A DNA stretch of 32,000 nucleotides from Sinorhizobium meliloti (GTDB taxonomy: Bacteria; Pseudomonadota; Alphaproteobacteria; Rhizobiales; Rhizobiaceae). Made by a program: the position numbers and the translations under genes. Below the pieces are notes generated by a model. It had not been told where the DNA came from. It saw only the letters and a program-made list of their open reading frames with translations, and made no database searches. This document shows, piece after piece, positions 1-7,123 of the stretch; position 1 is the first letter of the stretch; each line of letters starts with the position of its first letter. The stretch covers positions 750,001 to 782,000 of the forward strand of contig NZ_JAGIOS010000001.1 of NCBI RefSeq assembly GCF_017876815.1, given 5' to 3'.

Positions 1-11
1 CTTTATCCCGT

Positions 12-62
12 GGTGATTTGGCCGGTCGGCTTGCAGCCACGTTAAACAAGTAGCTAAAAAGG
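12..62 (+). ncRNA. Candidate SAM-II (SAM-alpha type) riboswitch aptamer in the metZ leader
   Basis: The RNA would read GGUGAUUUGGCCGGUCGGCUUGCAGCCACGUUAAACAAGUAGCUAAAAAGGCC. It has a GGCU-UGC-AGCC hairpin (28-38), then UUAAAC, then an AGCUAAAAA tail able to pair with the hairpin loop and the 5' U-run. That is the layout I recall for the SAM-II pseudoknot. It sits directly 5' of a methionine-biosynthesis gene, its usual alphaproteobacterial context. Boundaries are approximate and no covariance-model check was possible. Confidence 0.55.
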
Positions 63-73
63 CCGGGTGTCAA

Positions 74-106
74 ACCGGTCGTTTCGCGGCCGGTTTTTTT
101 GTTTTT
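74..106 (+). terminator. Intrinsic terminator / riboswitch expression platform upstream of metZ
   Basis: ACCGGUCG (74-81) pairs with CGGCCGGU (87-94): an 8-bp stem with one G-U and a 5-nt loop, followed by T7-G-T5. It ends 15 nt before the metZ ATG. GGCCGG 61-66 can alternatively pair with CCGGUC 75-80, giving a competing helix. It could instead terminate an upstream gene lying off-window. Confidence 0.7.
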
Positions 107-121
107 GAAAGTGACGTTCTC

Positions 122-1306
122 ATGAGCAAGAATTGGCGCCCGGCAACCCAGCTCGTCCACGGCGGAACGCTCCGCTCCCAGTATGGCGAGACCTCGGAAG
201 CGATCTTCCTGACGCAGGGCTTCGTCTACGACAGCTCCGAAGCGGCGGAGGCCCGCTTCAAGGGCGAGACCGACGGTTTCATCTATGCACGCTACGGCAG
301 CCCGACCAACGACATGTTCGAGAAGCGCATGTGCATGCTCGAAGGGGCGGAAGACGCGCGCGCCACCGCCTCCGGCATGGCGGCGGTTTCTGCGGCAATC
401 CTTTGCCAGGTGAAGGCGGGTGACCACATCGTCGCCGCCCGGGCGCTCTTCGGCTCCTGCCGCTGGGTCGTGGAAACGCTGGCGCCGAAATACGGCGTCG
501 AGTGCACCCTGGTGGACGGTCGCGATCTCAAGAACTGGGAAGACGCGGTGCGCCCGAACACCAAGGTCTTCTTCCTCGAGAGCCCGACGAACCCGACGCT
601 CGAAGTGATCGACATCGCCGGCGTTGCCAGGCTCGCCGATCAGATCGGCGCCAAGGTGGTGGTCGACAACGTCTTCGCCACGCCGCTGTTCCAGAAGCCG
701 CTGGAGCTTGGCGCCCATGTCGTCGTCTATTCCGCGACGAAGCATATCGACGGCCAGGGCCGCTGCCTCGGCGGCGTGGTCCTCTCCGACAAGCAGTGGG
801 TAGACGAGAACCTGCACGACTATTTCCGTCACACCGGCCCGGCCATGTCGCCCTTCAACGCCTGGACGCTGCTGAAGGGCATCGAGACCCTGCCGCTCCG
901 CGTCAAGCAGCAGACCGAAAGCGCCCGCCGCGTAGCCGATTTCCTCGCGGAGCAGCCGCAGGTCGCCCGCGTCATCTATCCGGGCCGCAAGGATCACCCG
1001 CAGGCCGACGTCATTGCCAAGCAGATGAGCGGCGGCTCGACGCTGGTCGCCTTCGAGCTCAAGGGTGGCAAGGAAGCAGCCTTCGCCCTGCAGAACGCCC
1101 TTGAAATCATCCGGATCTCCAACAATCTCGGCGATTCCAAGAGTCTGATCACCCATCCGGCGACGACCACCCACAAGAACCTCACCGACGAAGCCCGCGC
1201 CGAACTCGGCATCTCCGCCGGAACGGTGCGCTTCTCGGCCGGTATCGAGGACAGCGAAGACCTCATCGAGGATTTCGCAAGGGCGCTGAAGGGCGTAAAC
1301 GCCTGA
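122..1306 (+). CDS. metZ: O-succinylhomoserine sulfhydrylase (Cys/Met-metabolism PLP-dependent enzyme)
   Basis: 394-aa ORF with ATG at 122. The N-terminal TQLVHGG and the PLP-lysine motif YSATKHIDGQG are typical of the trans-sulfuration family. Length and sequence fit rhizobial MetZ. Confidence 0.88.
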   Translation: MSKNWRPATQLVHGGTLRSQYGETSEAIFLTQGFVYDSSEAAEARFKGETDGFIYARYGSPTNDMFEKRMCMLEGAEDARATASGMAAVSAAILCQVKAGDHIVAARALFGSCRWVVETLAPKYGVECTLVDGRDLKNWEDAVRPNTKVFFLESPTNPTLEVIDIAGVARLADQIGAKVVVDNVFATPLFQKPLELGAHVVVYSATKHIDGQGRCLGGVVLSDKQWVDENLHDYFRHTGPAMSPFNAWTLLKGIETLPLRVKQQTESARRVADFLAEQPQVARVIYPGRKDHPQADVIAKQMSGGSTLVAFELKGGKEAAFALQNALEIIRISNNLGDSKSLITHPATTTHKNLTDEARAELGISAGTVRFSAGIEDSEDLIEDFARALKGVNA

Positions 1307-1321
1307 CCGGCACCATGACGA

Positions 1322-1339
1322 AGCCCGCGTCAGCGGGCT
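1322..1339. terminator. Hairpin between convergent metZ and the CDP-alcohol phosphatidyltransferase gene
   Basis: AGCCCGC-GTCA-GCGGGCT: 7-bp GC-rich stem with a 4-nt loop in the 35-nt convergent gap. There is no U-tract on either side, so terminator function is uncertain. Confidence 0.3.
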
Positions 1340-1341
1340 CG

Positions 1342-1953
1342 TCAGTCTTGCCGAAAAGTCAGTCTTGCGAGAACGATCCGCGACAGCGCGGTATAGAGGC
1401 AGACGAGCGCGAAGACCGTTGCGAATAACGGGAACCACCCAGGGAAAAGGCACGAGAGCAGAAAAAAGACGATCGTCTCCGTCGCCTCTGCGAGCCCCGT
1501 CGTGAAGTAGAGCGACTTCGCACCGCGCACCGCGGTCGTCAGGGCGCGCTTCTCGGCCATCACGGCATAGGCGAGGAAGCTCGCGCCGTTGACATAGAAG
1601 GCGAAGAGCAAAAACCCGCCGGCAAGACCGTTTGCGGCCGGATCTGCGATGATGAAACCAAGTGGAACGGCGCCGTAAAAGGTGAAATCGAGAACGATGT
1701 CGAGAAAGCCGCCGAAATCCGTTTTCCGGCTCGCGCGGGCGACGGCTCCGTCAAGGCCGTCGCAGAGCCGGCTCACAAGGATCAGGGCGGCGGCAGGCAG
1801 ATAAGCGCCGAGACCGATGAGCAGGGCTGCCGCAAGGCCAAGGCAAAGGCCGAGGATCGTGACGGCATCGGCACTGACCCCGCGGCCGGCCAGTGCGGCG
1901 CCGAGCCTGTCCAGAACCGGATCGAGCCGCCTGCGAAGCGCGCCGTCAAGCAT
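1342..1953 (-). CDS. CDP-alcohol phosphatidyltransferase family membrane protein (specificity unknown)
   Basis: 203-aa hydrophobic ORF with ATG at 1953 and GGAGG 8 nt upstream. It carries the canonical motif D-G-x2-A-R-x8-G-x3-D-x3-D in CDGLDGAVARASRKTDFGGFLDIVLDF. The N-terminus does not look like PgsA, Pcs or PssA as I remember them. Confidence 0.8.
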   Translation of the reverse strand: MLDGALRRRLDPVLDRLGAALAGRGVSADAVTILGLCLGLAAALLIGLGAYLPAAALILVSRLCDGLDGAVARASRKTDFGGFLDIVLDFTFYGAVPLGFIIADPAANGLAGGFLLFAFYVNGASFLAYAVMAEKRALTTAVRGAKSLYFTTGLAEATETIVFFLLSCLFPGWFPLFATVFALVCLYTALSRIVLARLTFRQD

Positions 1954-1968
1954 AGCCGTTGCCTCCTA

Positions 1969-2046
1969 GATCACGATGTGATCGATTCCAAGAAGTTGGA
2001 GCGGGATGCGGGCGAAAACCGCGCACACCTTTCCTCATCCCGCTCC
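1969..2046 (-). repeat. Intergenic repeat copy A (5' leader of the CDP-alcohol phosphatidyltransferase gene) with an 11-bp perfect inverted repeat
   Basis: GGAGCGGGATG (1998-2008) pairs with CATCCCGCTCC (2036-2046) around a 27-nt loop. GATCAC-GAT-GTGATC lies at 1969-1983. The 22-mer GCGGGATGCGGGCGAAAACCGC (2001-2022) recurs at 3625-3646 with one mismatch. Confidence 0.7.
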
Positions 2047-2142
2047 AGGGAATTTGATACCACTCGCACAATCTCGCCGTTATTCTTGACGAAACCATAT
2101 TGCTGTAGAATACGCGTACGGATTTGAAACAGGGTGTTGCAC

Positions 2143-2535
2143 ATGTACCGCGCGCTGACACGCGACATCGAAGTGACGGTCGAGCCGTACTACCTGGAAG
2201 AACAGTCGGATCCCGACGACAGCCGCTATGTCTGGGGCTATCGCATCATCATAGCGAACCATTCCGGACTCGCGGTCCGGCTGATGACCCGCTACTGGCA
2301 CATTACCGACGAGAACGGTCAGGTGGACGAGGTGAGCGGCCCCGGCGTGATCGGCGAGCAGCCGCTGCTCAATCCCGGCGATACCTACGAGTACTCCTCC
2401 GGCTGCCCGCTGGATACACCCTCCGGCGTGATGTTCGGCCATTACAGCATGGAGGCGGAAGGCGGGGAGACTTTCGATGTCGCCATCCCCGCCTTCTCGC
2501 TCGATTCGCCGGGCCTCGTCCGCACGCTTAATTGA
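2143..2535 (+). CDS. apaG: ApaG (DUF525) protein
   Basis: The track ORF starts at GTG 2134. ATG 2143 gives [24 protein letters not shown]...[13 protein letters not shown]..., a typical 130-aa ApaG. Confidence 0.88.
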   Translation: MYRALTRDIEVTVEPYYLEEQSDPDDSRYVWGYRIIIANHSGLAVRLMTRYWHITDENGQVDEVSGPGVIGEQPLLNPGDTYEYSSGCPLDTPSGVMFGHYSMEAEGGETFDVAIPAFSLDSPGLVRTLN

Positions 2536-2551
2536 TTCAGCGCGGCTGCCG

Positions 2552-3544
2552 CTATTGCGGACGGACCTCGCTCGCCTCGAAGCGGTAGGTCGTCGAGCAG
2601 AACTCGCAGGTGACTTTGATCAGGCCGTCCTCGACGCTGGCTTCGATATCCTCGTTGCCGAGCCCCACCAGGACGTCCCTGATCTTCTCGCGCGAGCAGC
2701 TGCATCGATCGTAGACCGCCTGCGGCTCATAGACGCGCACGCCGCGCTCATGGAACAGACGGTACAGCAATCGCTCGGTACCGACCGTCGGATCGGTGAG
2801 TTCATCGGTGTCGATCGTCTCGACCATCACCTTGGCTTCCGCCCAGAGGTCGTCCTCGTCGAAGAAATCCTCGTCGCCCTCGTCACCACCGCCGCCCGGC
2901 AGATCCGCCTGGCGCATCCGGTCCGGCGCGTCGGGGAGGAACTGCGCGACCATGCCGCCGGCGCGCCAGCGGTGCCGCGGCTTGCCGTTCTCGTCCTTGT
3001 CGAGAAGCTCGGCAACGGCGAGGCGCACCCTGGTCGGGATCTGCTCTGACTGGCGGAAATAGGCGCCGGCGATCTCCTCGAGCGTCGCCCCGTCAAGCGC
3101 GACGATGCCCTGATAGCGCTGCGTGTGCGCACCCTGGTCGATCGTGAAGGCGAGGACGCCGTTGCCCAACAATTCATGAGGCTGGACGCGCCCGCTCTTT
3201 TCGGCGTCGGCGAGCGCCTCCTTATCATAGCGGGCATAGGCGCGGACGCGGTCCGGCGTCGAGAAATCCGCGACCACGAGATCGACCGGCCCATCGCCCT
3301 GTGTCTGCACGATCAGCTTGCCTTCGAATTTCAGGGACGTGCCGAGCAGGACCGTCAGCACCACTGTTTCCGCGACGAGCCGCGCGACAGGGAGCGGGTA
3401 ATTGTGCCGTTCAAGAATGGCATCGAGCATCGGGCCAAGCTGGACGGCGCGGCCGCGCACGTCGAGTCCCTCGACCTGAAAGGGCACAACCTGATCGTCA
3501 CCGGCAAAATCGAACTCGCCAAGTCCCGGCGCTGTTTCTGTCAT
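2552..3544 (-). CDS. hslO: Hsp33 family redox-regulated chaperone
   Basis: 330 aa with ATG at 3544 and AAGGAG 6 nt upstream. The C-terminal zinc-centre cysteines CSC...CEFC (YDRCSCSREK...VTCEFCSTTY) are characteristic of Hsp33. Confidence 0.88.
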   Translation of the reverse strand: MTETAPGLGEFDFAGDDQVVPFQVEGLDVRGRAVQLGPMLDAILERHNYPLPVARLVAETVVLTVLLGTSLKFEGKLIVQTQGDGPVDLVVADFSTPDRVRAYARYDKEALADAEKSGRVQPHELLGNGVLAFTIDQGAHTQRYQGIVALDGATLEEIAGAYFRQSEQIPTRVRLAVAELLDKDENGKPRHRWRAGGMVAQFLPDAPDRMRQADLPGGGGDEGDEDFFDEDDLWAEAKVMVETIDTDELTDPTVGTERLLYRLFHERGVRVYEPQAVYDRCSCSREKIRDVLVGLGNEDIEASVEDGLIKVTCEFCSTTYRFEASEVRPQ

Positions 3545-3567
3545 CGCTTGCTCCTTGCCTCGACCAT

Positions 3568-3665
3568 GATCACGCGGATCGATTCAATCCGGGACGTGGC
3601 CATGACCCATTCCAAAAACTGCATGCGGGATGCGGGCGGAAACCGCTCGCTTCCTCTTCATGTCC
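3568..3665 (-). repeat. Intergenic repeat copy B (5' leader of hslO), a degenerate relative of copy A
   Basis: It shares three blocks with copy A in the same order and orientation relative to the downstream minus-strand gene: GATCACG (3568-3574), GATCGATTC (3577-3585) and GCGGGATGCGGGCGGAAACCGC (3625-3646). There is about 20 nt of extra sequence between the blocks. Confidence 0.6.
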
Positions 3666-3910
3666 GATACGGCTTGCATCGAGTGCACCGGTGCGCACCG
3701 GTACAACCGTCCGCCATTCCATTTGATCCCGTCATGGACGAATTTCTCCGCCGGCATTTGCTCTGCGTCGAAGCACCCCTTGGGCGCCAAGCACGTGATA
3801 GCCGGCGTGGGGCGACTGGCCGATTTGATGATCGGAGCCCCCGCTCACCGCCCTAGATCGTGTTGCACCGTGCAGATTTCAAGAGAACGCCTCGCGCCCG
3901 CCTCCAGCCG

Positions 3911-4822
3911 TCAGACCGCGCCCATGCACCAGGCGAGGATCGATTTCTGCGCGTGCAGCCGGTTCTCGGCTTCGTCGAACACCACCGACTGCGGGCCGTC
4001 GATGACCTCATCGGTCACTTCCTCGCCGCGGTGCGCCGGCAGGCAATGCATGAACAGCGCGTCCGGCGCTGCATGCTTCATCAGCGCGCCGTTGACCTGG
4101 TAGGGCTGGAAGACGTTGTGACCGCGGGCGCGATGTTCCTGGTTCATCGAGATCCAGGTGTCGGTGACGACGCAATGGGCACCGGCAACCGCCTGCTCCG
4201 CCTCGTGGCTGAGCAGGACCTCGGCCCCGTTGTTGCGCGCCCAGTTCAGGAACTTGTCATGCGGTTCGGAGCCGAGCGGCACGGCCATGTTCATGCGGTA
4301 GCCGAAGCGCGCCGAGCCTTCGATCAGCGAGTGAAGCACGTTGTTGCCGTCGCCGGTCCAGGCGATCGTCTTGCCCTTGACCGGTCCCCGGTGCTCCTCG
4401 AAGGTCAAGATATCGGCCATGATCTGGCACGGGTGCGTATCGTCGGTGAGCCCGTTGATGACGGGCACGGTCGCATGCTCCGCCATCTCCAGAAGCCGGC
4501 GGTGGTCGGTCGTGCGGATCATGATAGCGTCGACGTAGCGCGACAGGACCTTCGCCGTATCGCCGATCGTCTCCGCCCGGCCGAGCTGCATTTCGGTACC
4601 CGACAGAAACAGCGTCTCGCCGCCGAGCTGGCGCATGCCGACATCGAAGGAAACACGCGTGCGGGTGGACGGCTTCTCGAAAATCATCGCGAGCATCTTG
4701 CCGGCAAGCGGCTTCTCGGCAGTCCCTGCCTTGGTCGCCGACTTGCGGACGCGGGCATCGTCGATGATGGTCCTGAGGTCGGTGGCCGTCATGGCCGAGA
4801 GATCGAGGAAGTGTCTGGTCAT
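3911..4822 (-). CDS. argF: Ornithine carbamoyltransferase
   Basis: The track ORF 3911..5401 is over-extended into argD. ATG 4822 gives MTRHFLDLS... (303 aa). Motifs present are [12 protein letters not shown] (STRTR), HPCQ and HCLP. Confidence 0.9.
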   Translation of the reverse strand: MTRHFLDLSAMTATDLRTIIDDARVRKSATKAGTAEKPLAGKMLAMIFEKPSTRTRVSFDVGMRQLGGETLFLSGTEMQLGRAETIGDTAKVLSRYVDAIMIRTTDHRRLLEMAEHATVPVINGLTDDTHPCQIMADILTFEEHRGPVKGKTIAWTGDGNNVLHSLIEGSARFGYRMNMAVPLGSEPHDKFLNWARNNGAEVLLSHEAEQAVAGAHCVVTDTWISMNQEHRARGHNVFQPYQVNGALMKHAAPDALFMHCLPAHRGEEVTDEVIDGPQSVVFDEAENRLHAQKSILAWCMGAV

Positions 4823-4896
4823 ACTGCCTTGTTTCCTGTCGTAGAATCCGTTTGTCGACCCCGCCCGGGCCGGTTCGATCCGAAACCTTCGGACGC

Positions 4897-6096
4897 TCAG
4901 GCCGCGGCGTTGCCGCTCTTGCCGCTCACCGCCTCCGCGGCGCGTTCGAGCCGTGCCAGTCCTTCGCGCGCCTCGGCCGGGGTGGTGATCAGCGGCGGCA
5001 ACAGGCGCAGAACGTTTTCGCCGGCCGGGACGACGAGCAGTTTCTCGGCGCGGATCGCCTTCAAAAGGTCCGCGGAGGGCACCTTCGCCTTGATGCCGAG
5101 CATCAGCCCGTCGCCGCGGATTTCCTCGATCACGTCCGGAAAACGATCCTTCAACGAAGCGAGCCCCTGACGGAAGACGAGAGCCACCTCGCGCACCTGA
5201 TCGAGGAAGCCTTCGGCGAGAACGACGTCGAGCACGGCATTTCCGACCGCCATTGCGAGCGGGTTGCCGCCATAGGTCGAGCCGTGCGTGCCCGCCACCA
5301 TGCCGGCGGCCGCCGCTTCCGTCGCAAGGCAGGCGCCGAGCGGGAAGCCGCCGCCGATGCCTTTGGCGACGGCCATGATATCGGGTTTGATGCCCGCCCA
5401 TTCATGGGCGAAGAGCTTGCCGGTCCGGCCTACACCGGACTGGACCTCGTCGAGGATCAGAAGCAGGCCGAACTCGTCGCAGAGTTCGCGCAGCCCTTGC
5501 ATGAACTCCTTCGATGCTGTCCGAATGCCGCCCTCGCCCTGGATCGGCTCGACAAGGATCGCCGCGGTTTCTTCATTGATCGCGTTCTTGACCGCGCCGA
5601 TATCGCCGAAGGGGACCTGATAGAAGCCCGGCGCTTTCGGCCCGAAGCCCTCGATGTATTTCTGCTGTCCGCCGGCGGCGATCGTCGCGAGCGTGCGGCC
5701 GTGGAAAGCACCTTCGAAGGTGATGACGTGGAACTTCTCGACGTGCCCCTTGGCGAAATGATAGCGCCGCGCCGTCTTGATCGCACATTCGAGCGCTTCC
5801 GCACCCGAATTGGTGAAGAACACCCGATCGGCGAAGGTCACCTGGGTCAGCCGCCGCGCAAGGCTTTCCTGCCCCGCAATCTCGTAGAGATTGGACAGAT
5901 GCCAGACCTTGTCGGCCTGCGCCTTCAGCGCCTCGACGAGATGAGGATGGGCATGGCCGAGCGAGTTCACGGCGACACCGGCAGCGAAATCGAGATAGCG
6001 CGTGCCGTCTTCGGCGATCAGCCAAACGCCTTCACCTCGCTCGAAACGCAACGGCGCGCGCAGATAGGTGTCGTAAAGCGGCGTGGTTGCGGCCAT
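4897..6096 (-). CDS. argD: Acetylornithine aminotransferase (class-III PLP aminotransferase)
   Basis: 399 aa with ATG at 6096 and AAGGAGAG about 7 nt upstream. It has the [12 protein letters not shown] motif and sits 74 nt upstream of argF on the same strand. Confidence 0.88.
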
Positions 6097-6140
6097 GTCG
6101 AGCTCTCCTTCATTCCGGCGGCATCGGACCGTTCGGCCCG

Positions 6141-6171
6141 ATAAAAATCAAAAATGCCGCCTTGCGGCGGC
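6141..6171 (-). terminator. Terminator-like hairpin plus U-tract in the argD leader (sense orientation)
   Basis: The minus strand reads GCCGCC-GCAA-GGCGGC followed by ATTTTTGATTTTTAT. It lies 45-75 nt upstream of the argD ATG. Confidence 0.5.
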
Positions 6172-6324
6172 GACAGGCACTATTCCCATTTCGCACCGCG
6201 ATGTCAACAAAACCAAGGTTTGCAGGCGCTTTGCGTATACCGATTCCGAAGCGCGAAAAAATCGCACTCTGGGACTTGCAAAAATGCAACGCTCCGACAG
6301 CAAGTTGGGGAAAACCGCGAAATC

Positions 6325-6361
6325 GATTCGGCGCGATTCCGGCGACTCTTGCCACGGAGTC
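6325..6361. promoter_or_regulatory. Cluster of four GANTC (CcrM-type methylation) sites in the argD-gcrA intergenic region
   Basis: GATTC at 6325, GATTC at 6335, GACTC at 6344 and GAGTC at 6357. Further sites lie at 6242, 6435 and 6468. Confidence 0.6.
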
Positions 6362-6506
6362 ACCCTGCCGGTAGGTTAACATTCAATTACTAGACGCATG
6401 CGGCGGACCTAGTCACCAAAAGTATTATCGCGTTGAATCTTCGGGTTTTTCCCGGAGAGCGGTGACGGATTCCGCCATCCCAACGCCGAGAACGGGGAGT
6501 GCAGAG

Positions 6507-7028
6507 ATGAACTGGACTGACGAGCGGGTCGAGAAACTGAAGAAGCTGTGGTCGGAGGGCCTGAGCGCCAGCCAGATCGCGGCGCAGTTGGGCGGCGTCA
6601 GCCGCAACGCGGTCATCGGCAAGGTTCATCGGCTGAGCCTGCCCGGGCGCGCCAAGGCCGGCGGAAGCACGGCCGCTGCAGCCCGCCCCAAACGGGCGAC
6701 GTCTGCCCCGCGCGCACCGAACTACGCTGCGCGTTCCGTAACCCGCACCGTGACCCGCACGGCCGGCGCGACCGCGCTCAAGGAAGAGCTCGCAGTCGAC
6801 CTGACGATCGACCAGGAGCTGCAGATCGACAGGAATATCGTCCTGCCGATGTCGCGGCGGCTGGAGCTCACGGAGCTTACCGAACGCACTTGCAAGTGGC
6901 CGATCGGCGACCCGCTCAAGGAAGAGTTCCACTTCTGCGGCAACGACTCCCCGGAAGCCTCTCCCTATTGCACCTTTCATGCCCGGCTGGCCTACCAGCC
7001 CTCTGCCGAGCGCCGGCGCATGCGCTGA
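6507..7028 (+). CDS. gcrA: GcrA cell-cycle transcriptional regulator
   Basis: ATG 6507 (GGGGAG SD upstream) gives MNWTDERVEKLKKLWSEGLSASQIAAQLGGVSRNAVIGKVHRL... The C-terminal CKWPIGDP...FCG motif is present. The product is 173 aa. The track ORF starts at upstream GTG 6462. Confidence 0.9.
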   Translation: MNWTDERVEKLKKLWSEGLSASQIAAQLGGVSRNAVIGKVHRLSLPGRAKAGGSTAAAARPKRATSAPRAPNYAARSVTRTVTRTAGATALKEELAVDLTIDQELQIDRNIVLPMSRRLELTELTERTCKWPIGDPLKEEFHFCGNDSPEASPYCTFHARLAYQPSAERRRMR

Positions 7029-7068
7029 GGCGCCTTGCTCATTCCGCTCTGGATGCACGACGAAAAAT

Positions 7069-7095
7069 GGGGCCGGAAAGGCCCCTTTTTTCTTT
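7069..7095. terminator. Bidirectional intrinsic terminator between convergent gcrA and phoB
   Basis: GGGGCC-GGAAA-GGCCCC followed by T6CTTT on the plus strand. It is preceded by GAAAAAT, which supplies a U-tract for the minus strand. Confidence 0.8.
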
Positions 7096-7123
7096 GCCAT
7101 GCCGTAAGCCGGCACCTTCGGTC

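Noticed and set aside
3586-3615. Sigma-32-like promoter for hslO (TTGGAA-N16-CCCGGATT on the minus strand).
   Set aside because: The spacer is longer than the heat-shock consensus as I recall it. TTGGAAT is also part of the repeat shared with copy A, where it lies too close to the start codon to be a -35 element.
3584-3790. 68-aa minus-strand ORF in the hslO-argF spacer.
   Set aside because: It has no ribosome-binding site, overlaps repeat copy B, and matches no family I recognise. A small protein cannot be excluded, but nothing supports one.
3860-6144. Plus-strand ORFs 3860..5170 (436 aa) and 4852..6144 (430 aa), plus the 5' extension of the argF ORF (4823..5401).
   Set aside because: They are antisense to, or overlap, argF and argD, which have clear OTCase and class-III aminotransferase motifs and good SD-ATG starts. 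The alternative translations are Arg-rich nonsense.
6083-6393. Small ORFs (71-98 aa, both strands) in the argD-gcrA intergenic region.
   Set aside because: They mutually overlap in an AT-rich segment and lack SD sequences. Their composition is not protein-like, and one runs through the terminator-like hairpin. The region is better explained as regulatory or non-coding.
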